This document shows positions 13,701-25,700 of a DNA stretch of 64,000 bases, piece by piece (position 1 is the first letter of the stretch; every line of letters starts with the position of its first letter). Below the pieces are notes generated by a model that searched no databases, was not told where the DNA came from, and saw only the letters and a list, made by a program, of their open reading frames with translations. The stretch is from Octopus sinensis. Lineage: Eukaryota. The stretch is from positions 29,078,001-29,142,000 of the forward strand of contig NC_043006.1 of the NCBI RefSeq assembly GCF_006345805.1, written 5' to 3'. A program made the position numbers and the translations under genes.

Positions 13701-16700
13701 TTCTTAAGCTTTGAGCTTCTGGTAGAGTCATAGGGGTGTCAGCATGACACAGCATGCTTTGAGTATGTTTAAACGTAGCAGAGCCCTTTCCTCTTCAAGT
13801 ATTGATCACAACTCAATTTATGCAAGACAGACAGATAGATTGAAAATAATTTGCCCAGTGCTGGTGTGCTGTGTAATAAACCCTAGAGGGAAGGAATGGA
13901 ACAGTTGACCACAGCACGATTTAAAATCAGAGCACTGAAGTCTAGAATGAATACTGCAAGTCGGTCATTCTATCCAACACTTTAATAACTTGGGCGCTTC
14001 ACCACCATTTGCCAGTTTTGCAGTGAATACAATTCAGTCACTTTTTTTTTTACCTTCTCTGACATGTTTCAAGAGAAATTAATGTTTTGTTTGATATAAT
14101 TTCTATCACTCTGTGATAGGCGATTATTTTGTTGATCTCACACGATTTCAGTTGTCATTTTTTGTAGGACTCTTTGGATGATGTAGTGTGTCAAATTCGT
14201 CAAAATGAGCTTTTCTGTAGCAAAATGAAAGCTGGTGATGAAAGGGTTAATGCTTTTAAACAAAAGGCAGATACATTGTTGAACGAAAATCATCCAGACT
14301 CAGAACAGTAAGTAATACCTACAAATATCTGTTGTTGTTTTAACTCCAAATCAGCTGCAATCAAGCAAACCTATGATCAGAAGTATTCCTACTTATCTTA
14401 TTTTGTTTTCAGACAATGTGTCTAGGACTATATTATTTAATGTGTCCTACATTGTTACTTGAGGGTAATTTGGTTGTCTTAATTGACCAGATTGTGACAC
14501 TAGAACTGTCATTTGAAGATTTTATGTTGATTTCTACAATTATACAAGATCTAGTTTTTGTTATCGTATTGTTTTTGTTTCTTTTCTTTCTTATGGCTTG
14601 GTCTAGAAGGAGAGTTAGTGCCTGTGACCTTCCCAGTCCTTATAAGACTGGTGAGATTGATGTCATTACTATTCTTCTTGAATTGTAGGTTGACAGTTGT
14701 AGTCAGTGTGCAGAGATAGAATTCCTGAAGCATGATGTTTCTGATGATGAACAAAGTCTGAGTATAGTGCTTAGCATGGAGGCTTGGGTTGATGGATACA
14801 ATATGATATCAACAAGTACCAAGGAACAGATGCTAGTATAGTAGCAGTCTGTCTCCCAGCCATAGGTTACGGTGTAATGGGGAATGGGGAACAATTCCAT
14901 GCCAATCAGTCAACTGGCCTTTCTTTGAATAGTTTGCACACTCTCTGTGTGTGTATAATGTCAACACTGTTTAGATACGAGAGCAAATCTGTGTTGGAGA
15001 ATTCACTTGAGTTTTGAAGAGGGTTAATAATAGTTGCATGTGAGACAATGCAGCTGTGATATAAGAATAATAACCAATGAAACATTTAGAGAGAGAATAC
15101 TAAATGGAGGATGTAGGGGGTCTGACACAGGACTGCCAATGACGGAGAGCACTGGTTGATGTGGTCAGCTCTGTACATGATGACATCTCTGGGACCACTA
15201 GGTTGGGATGACACCCACCCTGCATGAAGCAAGTAAACAATATCATGAGCAAGCAAGGAAGGTTTTTGAATCATTGTCCAATGTACTGGTGAAGTCTCAC
15301 TTGATAAATCTTCAATAAAGACAGGATCATCAATATCACCTTAAGACTTGGGCACACTGGCAGTTGCCAAGGTGCCTTGCAGGTCTAGGGGGCCCAATAG
15401 TAATCTGTGTATACTGTAGCTTGCTGTCAATAAATGCTTTACTTGGAAGTCTGTTATACAGTTAAGTTGGCCTTTATAATTAATGAAACAAATTAAAGCT
15501 GGAAATTGAAGCTATGTTAGTGTTATTAATGTTTAATTTAAATGAAGTGGGTGGCTGGCTGGAAAGAAATTAGGAACAAAGTTAGTTTAATAAATATAGA
15601 ATTCTGAATATTTTTGTTTTGTTTTTTAATGGTTACTAATTGTTTTTTGTTTAAACGCATACTTTTGAAAATAATTTACATATTTACAAAAGATGAAATA
15701 AAATTAAACCTGAAAAGATTCTGAAATTCTTATAAAAAGATTGTGCATGCATTTGTTCGTGTATTGACTCAATATCATCATTGTTTAATGTCCACTTTCT
15801 ATGTTGGCATGGGTTAGACGGTTTGACTGAAAACTGGTAAGCTGCATCAGGTTCCAATCTGATTTGGCATGGTTTCTATGGTTGAATGTCCTTCCAAACA
15901 CCAACCACCCCAAGAGTGTAGTGGGTGCTTTTTACATGCCACTGGCAATGGGTATAACTACAATCCCAGCACTAGACATTAAAAAAATGGTTTGAAATAA
16001 AGATGATGTATTTTTTTTCTCAAAATTCCACATAAGTTTACATTTTTACTATCATCTAATTTCTTTTAGTATTGGTAAACGTAAGAACCAAATTCTGCAG
16101 CATCGAGCTGCAGTGAAAGAAAAGGCTTCAAAACGGGCAGAGGACTTAGAAAAGGCTAGGAAATTTTTTGAATTCAAGCGTAATGCTAATGAAGTGAGTA
16201 GCTTCTCTAAAGATCATCTTTGGTAATTTTTTCATATTGCAGATTAATTCAGTTATGTATTTTATTTTCTTGGCCCACAAAAGAGGATATTTACCTGTAA
16301 CCTGTGAAACCATTTGATATTAGAACGTGGATCCAAATGAGTGGAGGTGTTGGATATTTAAGGTTTCAAAACAGAGTGGAGAGCTTTCAAATGGTTTTAT
16401 GTGATAGAGATTTAAAGTAACCCACCTTTCCTCAACAGAGGTCTGCAACCAAGATTCCAGTTTCAAATCATTTTCAATTTTTCTTATTTTTTTGTGGCAT
16501 GAACTTATTATTTTCCAAAGAATTAAGTTTTGAGATAACTCTGTTTTGATCTGTTTTACTAGATAATACAGTAATGATAATTGTACAAATGAATGAAACT
16601 GCAGGAAAGACATAATAACGAGGCTGCATCAAAGCATCAGTGAAAATCTTATATGGTGGCTGAATGTAATGTAGGAACAGCAGTATTTCTGTTTTCAGAT

Positions 16701-19700
16701 GAATCTATTCTGAGTTTTTTTTTTCTAATTTCTTTCAGCTGTCTGAATGGATCAAAAACAAAAACCAATCAGTTAAAGACACCTCTAAAGGTAGCACTAA
16801 TTTATCAGGTGCCTTATTGAAACACCAAGCTTTTGAAGCTGAGCTAAAGGCTAACAGTGAATGGCTTCAGTCTTTGAATAAGGTATTTGGAGTTTTGTTG
16901 GATTTAAAAAAAAAATTTTTTATGATGTTGTCAACCATAGTCTGAAAGAACATCATTTTGCGATTTTGTTTCTAAAGTACTTCTGCATCAATCCTGTCCG
17001 AAATGATGGCTGTTTTGGTCAAATTCTTTGAGTTTTTATAATAGTTATAAAACTGACTGACTATTTCTTTTTTTTTCTTTTGGTTTTACATTTTAAATTT
17101 GACTAATTTGCATTTTCTCCCTATATATCCTTCTCTCTATATATCCGCTCAGTCGAAGTCGACTCTCGGTTACTCGATGGATCATTGTCCTCCAGTCAGT
17201 TCTATCCTGGGCCGCTTCTTTCAGATTGGCTATGTCCATTCTGGTATCTCTCTTGATGGTGTCAAGCCAGTGGGTTCTTGGTCGGCCTCTTCCTCTCTTA
17301 CCACTGACCATCCCGAGCATGATGTCCTTCTCCAGGGATTTTCTCCGCATAATATTACCTTACCTTAAATAAAAAGATGTTCTGGAAAGAGGTGCAGAGG
17401 GTAAGAAAGATGGTTGGAGGAAAGGAAGAAAGGGTGAAGGATATAAATGGAAATTTGTTGAAAGGAAGTAAGGATGGACAAAGGAGATGAGCAGTGTATT
17501 TTAGTGAGCTGTTAAAAATTGAGAATATTAGGGAGGCTAGTATAGTGGCTATAGGAGGAGAGAGGAGAATACCTGTTGTTGGGGAATGGCAGTACAGTGC
17601 ATTTGGAAGGAAGGTAAGGAAATCCTTGCGGAAGATGGCAAACCAGAAGGCATCAGATATAGATGGGTATACAGTAGAATGCTTAAAGGAAGAAAGTGGC
17701 GACAGTGATTGGATGGTTACTGAGGCCTATGAATGCTTGTTATATGGGTGGAAGCGTACCAAAGGACTGGTGCAGTGCCCTTGTACAGAGTCACTGTACA
17801 AAGGGAAAGGGGATAAATGAGCATGTAGAAATTTTAAGGGTGTAAATCTGTTGTGTGTGGTTGGTAAACTGTATGGGAGAATTCTGATTGTAAGGGTGAG
17901 GAACCAGACAGAGAGTGTACTAGGGGAGGAGCAGTGCAGTTTTAGGAGTGGAAGGGGCTGTGCAGATCAAATATTTATAGTAAGGCAGATGTGAGAAGTA
18001 TTTTGGCAATACAATATTTGTTTTTTGAGATACAATATTTGAAGGCTATGGTTGGTGTGACATGGATAGCCAGAATGAGGAGGTATGAAGGCAAGCAGGA
18101 ATGAAAGAAAAACTAACAACCAAAATGGATAGACGAATATTGAGGTGGTTTGGTGACATAGAAAGGATGGTAAGGAGGGTGATGAAAGCAGAAGTGGAAG
18201 GCAGCAGAACCAGAGGCAGACCTTGGTTTGTGTGGATGGATGGAGTGAGGAAAGCTTTGGTGGTTAGAGGTGTTGGAGTAGGAGAGGCAAGAGAGTTTAT
18301 AAATGATAGGAAAGCTTGGAGAGTGTTCATGGAGGGATGAGTGAATTTGATGTTGTTCAAAGTTTTGAGATAACTGCCACACAGCGGACTGAACCCAAAA
18401 CCATGTGGTTGAAAACTGAACTTCATAACCACACAGTTATATTTGTGCCACACAATATTCATTCCATACTAAATGTCATATCTATTTGAATAAATTTTCA
18501 GGTGTGTGTGTAGAGTAAAAAAATTACTGATCAAATGATTTTTGTTCATTTTGCATTAATAAGACTGATGTTTATGATTTTGTTTTAATTTTTATATCAT
18601 TTATACTTTGGTAGGATGGAAAGGCTTTGCTTGATTCTGGTCATGAAAACTCTAAAGAGGTGCAAGACATTCTCGGTCAAGTGAATAAACAGTGGGAAGA
18701 ATTATATAAAAATTCTGTAAATCAATCCAGTACTTTAAACCATGCTTCACAGATTGGAGATCTCAATAAGAGTGTTGATGATTCCATTGTAAGTTTTGAT
18801 TCTCTCCTTTTCTGTTATTATATTCCAACTTTTCTGTTAATGTTTAAACATGTTAGGGATTTTTACTGGTAATATTTATAGTTGAAAGATGAAATATTTA
18901 ATAACATTGGATATTGATTTAAAAAAATTAAATAAAACAGACATCTATAATGTATTACAACTACTTGAAGCCAGCGGGTTGAATATTGCTATGAAAAAGT
19001 TAGGTTGATTGTCTATTTGTGGTTGTAAAATGTTGATGACTTGAGATTTGCCATATCTGAGTGAATTATATGATCTGATCTCTAAAGTACAAATACTTTG
19101 ACTCTTAAATGCTGAACCTAAAAGTTGAACGAAGTGAATTATAAATGCATTCCTTTGATGTTTTCACTAAATATTTATTGAATATTACTCAAACTAAGCA
19201 TTAGAACATATTTATTTTACAATTTTTTTTTAATATTAGGTAAGTATAACAGAACTTGGTAACAAAGTCAAATGTGAAGATGTTGGGTCTGATCTTCGGA
19301 ATTGTAAAGATCTTCTAAAGAAACACCAGGTTTGTATATTTCCTTAACTCTTTAATGGATATTATCACTACAAGCATCAAGAATTGTAATTTGATCCTGA
19401 CTATATTTAAAATTTGATCTATGGGAATCATATTTTCCAAACTCTCACTTTATGATCCTTTTGAGTTGGTTGCATCCAGCTATGTAGTCACAAGAATATT
19501 TTCAATAAAGTGTCCATTTATGTAGGATAAAGTATTTTTTTTATTTTCAAAATCATTCCTTATATATTCCCCTTTTTAAGAGCACTTTCTGGTCACTAAA
19601 CTTACAAATGATTTAGGTTTCTATGTGCCCATAAAACTTTTATCATATAAATGAGGTTTTCAAAGGTGCAAGTGAAGTTGGATTTAATTTTCAATTTTTG

Positions 19701-22700
19701 CCCTTGTCTAAAATGGAATTCTTCTCCTTCCAAAATATTGGGATATGTTCTGCAATTAGGATGACCACACTTTTTTACTCTTGCATCCATTATTCTTGAG
19801 AATGATTTAGCATTTGTGAAGATCTTTCTTAGACAAGGGCAAAAATTCAAAATTAAATCGAACTTCACATGCGCCTCTGAAAACCTCATTTATGTAATTA
19901 GATTCTCAGGCTGCCATAAAAACTATATAGGGTCAACAGGAATATCTATCAGACAGAGATGTACAGTTCACAGACAGCAGATATCTTCCTCACAATATCA
20001 CCAGATATAGCTCAGTGAAAACATTGACAGATGTGCAGAATGACTGCAATCATAATTCCTAATCTTCTCATTATATCCATCTGCTATTTGGACCCCAACA
20101 CAAGTATAAAGAGGCCTCATTTATCGAAAAATATAAGCCCATATTGAAAATTATTGTATGATGCAAGTCAAATTCAAATATAGACCAATATTGAAAATAA
20201 CAGATTTACCTCCGCTTCCCTGAAAAAAAATAGCTTGGTTACCGATTATCCCCGCTAGCAAACAAAATGTCTAATTCAGAATTGCATCCAACACTCAAAA
20301 TTTGAAAACTGGAAGTAAAGAATCTTATTTTGTACAATATTGTATAATACTTTTTCCATTAGGATTCCAATATATTCTTTAGTCTTGTAAAACAACACTT
20401 GTGTTTTTCATCTTATTTCTTTCTGTATATATTCAGCCACGTGTAATCACCCACCAAACTTTCAACCTTACATATATATATATATTTGTGTGTCTGTGCT
20501 TGTCCGCCCCCCACCATCTCTTGATAACTGATGTTGGTGTGTTTACATCCCTGTAACTTAGCAGTTTGGCAAAAGAGACTGATAGAATAAGTACTAGACT
20601 TACAAACAATAAATCCTAGGGGTGATTTGTTCGACTAAAAGCAGTGTTCCAGTATGACTGCAGTCAAATGACTGAAATAAGTAAAAGAATAAAAGAATGA
20701 TAATAGACAGGATGTCATCATCACTGTGATGCTGGTTCCCAGCCAAGTGTTTTCACATTTGGGAACAGGTGATAATCAGATGGAGCCAAATGAGGAGAAC
20801 AGAGAGGGTGATCAACCAGTTCAAAGCCACAGTCACACACGGCAGCCACTGAATGTAAGGTCTTGTGTGCTCAAGCATTGTTCTGTTGAAACAAGAACCC
20901 TTTTATCAGTTTTCCTGGACATTTGGTCTTGATAGCCTTTTGTAACTGATTCAGTAAGATGGCATAGTACTCTCCATCAATGGTGTGGCTATTTTGAAGA
21001 TAGTCAACAAACACAATGCCTTTGTTCCAAAAACAAAATGAGATCATCACCTTCCTTACAGACCTTGGCCTTCTTTGGAGCATGTGAGGAGAAGTGTTCC
21101 ACTTAATGGATTGTCTCTTTGTCTCTGGCTGAAAGTGATGATGCCAACACTTGTCCTGGGTCAGGAAACGTTCAAAGCAACTGGATCTGCTTCAAACAAC
21201 ATCAGATTTTCTCCACGATGTGATGTGCTTTTGATCAGGTGTCAGATGTGGCACCCACTGAGTAGAAACCTTCATCATGCCAAGTTCATTGTGCACAATA
21301 TTCTCAACTCTCTCACAGGATATGCTAATAGCTTTGGCTGTTTGATCATATTCACCACATGCTGATGGATGACAGGCAAATGACTATAAATCAATGTTTT
21401 GCTCAGTGGTGACAGTTGTAGGATGTCCAGACCTTGGGCCATCTCCAATGCTCTCCCTTTCACTTCTAAATTCAGTTGCTCACTTTTGCACTGTTGATAA
21501 AGTTGGAGTGTCATCCTCTTGTGTACCAATCATGTTAGCATGAAAAGGTAGAAATTTACTTTTTGAAGAAAGAGTTTGATTGCAGACATTGTTGTAACTT
21601 GGCATGGAAATTTCCTTTTAGAGAAAATGAAACAGCACATTTTATTCAAAAAATGTTATTGTTTAATGTCAGGTCAGCCCTGATTGAGTTGATCAAAGGC
21701 ATTCTAATTATGACCATCCCATCTTTTCAATTTTAAACTTAAACCTCTGTAGTAGCCATCTCAGTTTAAGGAAATCCTAGTCTTTTAGGCTGCATGGTAA
21801 CTTCATTATTGCTTGTACCACAAAAAAAAAGTATCCTGTATATGCTATAAAAGGGCTGGTGTTAGGAAGGGCATCTAGCCATAAAAAAAACCATGCCAAA
21901 GCAGACACTGGAGTCTAATTCAGTCTTCGGATCTATCATGTCCTGCTAAACTGTCCAATCCATGCTAGCATTGGAATGTAAACATTAAATGATGATGATG
22001 ATAAGGCACAAATTAGGTTAACAAAATTATCAATTTACAAATATATTTCCTTTTTTTTCCCTTTTTGAAGATTGAAAATGAATTCTAGTTTCTTTCTTGA
22101 GAATTTCTTTTTTTTTTCTTTTTCTCAGAACCTTGAAAATGAGAAAGCATCAGTTGAAGAGAATTTGAAAGTTTTAACTTGTCAAAGTCAAGAATTAGCT
22201 AGAGCTGATCCCAAAAACAAAGCTAACATTATTCAGAGTGTAAATGAAGCTAATATTGAGTAAGATACTTTTGGATTCTTAAACTTTACTAGAAACAATG
22301 AATTTTTCATCTTTTTCTTTTGCTTATCATATTATCCTGAGACCTTTAACAGTTGAACATATATATTAACACCTGTGACAGGTTTCTTTGAGGTTCTGTC
22401 TACCAAATTCACTCACAAGTCTTTGGCCTACCCAGGGCTATAATAGAAGAAAATTATCCAAGGTGCCTTGCAATGAGACTGAACCTGGTAAGATGTGGCT
22501 GGGAAGCAAGCTTTTTACTGCTCCATCATGCTGGCACCAGTTAAAAATATAGTTGATTTTAAAGAAGTTTATTTTCATTTCATTATTTCAGATATAAGTT
22601 AATTCTTCTTTTTGCAACATTAAAGAATCATTTCAAAGGATTTTTTTTCTGATCAAAATTAACAATCCGTTTAGTTTAATTTTTATTTTTTTATTTTTGT

Positions 22701-25700
22701 AATACTTGTGATTTGTATTGTATAATATTAGTTATGTTGTTTCAAATATTATTATCTATAGCTTGGTTTTTGTGATGAATTTTATTTGATTAACTCTTAA
22801 TGTCTTTTTGTTTTTTTCTTTCCAGATTTGAAAAACTGACACCCAAGTTTAATTCCCGTAAGCAAACTTTGAATCAAGCTTATGGTTGGCACCAAATGAA
22901 TTTTGATGTTGATAATGAACTTCTATGGATCAAAGAAAAGCTACATAGTGTCTCTTCTACTAATTATGGTAAAACCCTGTTGGAGGCTCAGAATTTGCAC
23001 ACAAAACATCAGGTATGATATTCTCTGATTTTCCGGGTGCATTTTCTTTCCCAATTTTGGTAGCAACACAACATCTACAGATATTTCTTAAAATAAAGAC
23101 CAAATCATCTTGTGTGTTTTGTTTATTAGTTGTTTGTTTTTTCTGTTTACTATTGTACACTATTGTCCATTTACTTTGTGATTTACCCATCACTATTTCA
23201 AAAGTTACAATGTCTACACTTCACTGATGAGGTCTGATAAGACTGAATCAAGTTTAGTTGTTCCCCATACTTGCTGAAGTAATGTTAATTATTGATGAAT
23301 ATTGTTTTCCTTTTCCAATTTTTTTGAGTTATGTCTTTGTTGCTCTTGACATTAGTGTCATATATTTATAATAGAGATAACTATGTAGAGTTGCTTTGTT
23401 TTTGGTAGGGTCATATATGGCTCATATCTCTTTTGTATTTGGTGTATTTTCATTGAGTTTTTAAAATTAAATTTGATTTTAGCTTTATTGATACCTCTCA
23501 GAAAAGTGTGTTACTTAAAAATTAATAAATTTATTTGTTAAAAGAAAAAATTATGTTTTTAAAATATTTAAAAATATAATGCTTTTATATTTTTGAAAAT
23601 TGATTCTCTTTATCAAAAATAGACATTTAGTGGGGAATGATCTTAGCTTTTGTTTGGGGTTGAGGGTATCCTTCATTTAGGAAATGTGGACTGAAATAGT
23701 AGCCTGTTGCTTCTTGAAACTTCTGAAATTTTAGATGGTTGACTATGTATTCCTGCTTTTAGCTGTTTATATCAATATAGCTTATTAGAATTCACTATTA
23801 TACTTCATGCAACTCAACTCTGATTGTGTATACCTGTAATCAAATTCATTCCCATATTGTTCATTCTACCTGTCCCCTCAAGTATAATGTAGCTTGGATT
23901 ACTTTACCTAATGTGCCCTTATTCATTTTTTTTTTTTTTTTTTGCAACAGTAGGCTAAGATGTGAGTAAAATTTTTGACTGTTATTTCTAGAAGGTTAAC
24001 TGACTACATAGAGGCTTCTTTGTTGGCTTTGTAGCGGAGGGGAGTTGGGGGAGGGGAATAAAAACAAATGTTACTATAGGTGACTGAATATATTGAAGTA
24101 GTATCAGCAGAAATATATTTTAAGTACCACAGAGTGACAATGAGAAGTACTGAAATAAATTTAAATATTAGAAAACCTTAACTGTGATAATGATCTATGT
24201 AAACACATTTTCACTGGTCTCCTGATAGACCATTTCATGATTTGTTGATGGCTTCTCAGAGAAGACATAAACCAATCACAATTCCTAATTGAAAGCACAG
24301 TGTTCAGTTACTGTACAAAATAACCAGTCATTCCCACTGGTCGATTACTTAATTTGCAGATTTATGCCTTAGATGAGTTGTCATTAATTAAACATAGCTC
24401 CTGCTGTCCCCTACTGACTTTTAATGAACTCTCTATATTTTGAAGTATTGAGGTTAAATATGCTTCTTTGAAGCCAATACTACTCTTTCTTTGATGCTGA
24501 GTAATCCTGATAAAACGAGCTTCTACCATTCTAAGATTCTACTGTTTTTGTAGAATCACATCAAAATGTCATTTTGAATAAAAGAAGGTGCATGACTGTC
24601 AAATTCTATAATCCCCAAGAAAATGTCAACATCTTTGTAACTATCAATATACTGAAATTGCATTGTAACTTTTAATGAAGGGAAAACTGGATTCATGATG
24701 TACACATTCAGCATCTCTGAAATTTTAGTGAATTAAAATTATACTTTTAGCGAAGAGTAGAAGAATCATTGAATAATTTTGGTTAAGAAAAACAGAAGAG
24801 ACAGTGTTGAAATTTATATGAATTAAAATTAAATTTGAATGTATTGGGGAGTGTCTTGATAGGGACAACTCCAGACATGTTCCAGTCTTATTAGACATCA
24901 TCAGTGAAACAAACTGCAAGATCCTAGATCAACTAAAGCTTTTATGAATAAATGCTGGTTGTTGTGATGTAAGAGAATGAAGAAAATGATATATTCCATC
25001 AAACTAAAAATATTTCTAAATTTGAAATGGAAATTTTATTGAAAATTGAAATTTGAATTAATTAAAATTTCAGGCTTTTGTTGAATTTCATTCTTTCACT
25101 TTCTTATTTTGATTCATGAAAAATAAATCACTGAATTGATTTTTTATAAAATATATATAAAAAAAAAAGTGTCCTTGTGAAATTCTTCTCCTTTATATTT
25201 AAAACTATCACTTCATTTCTTTTTGTTTTTTTCTTAATTTTTAGAAATTGGGTGTTGAAATTCAAGGTCATCAACCCCTGATAGACAAAGTTTTATCTAC
25301 TGGAGCAAAACTCATTCAGGAACAACACTTTGCTTCTAAGTCTATAAAAGACAAATGCCAGGACCTGCAACTCTCTTGGGATGACCTACTTCGTAAATAT
25401 AAGATCAGAAAGAAGAATCTAGATTTGTCTTTACAAACTCAGAAGGTATAAATATTTATTTCAGTCGAATGATAACTTACATAAGAAATAAATATTCACA
25501 ATTGTTTATATTGGTATTTAGTAGAAATGATCAAGACCTATGACCTTTTCTGTCCATTCATCACCAAGCTATTAATTTTGATATAGTTTGGTGTTCAGTT
25601 TGAACATCTGATTGTCAATATCTGCTGAGGTAAATGCAGATGATTCTTGAGGGTTGAGGTCTGAGTGAGGAAGGAATTCGCACAGTGATTAGTGCGAAGA

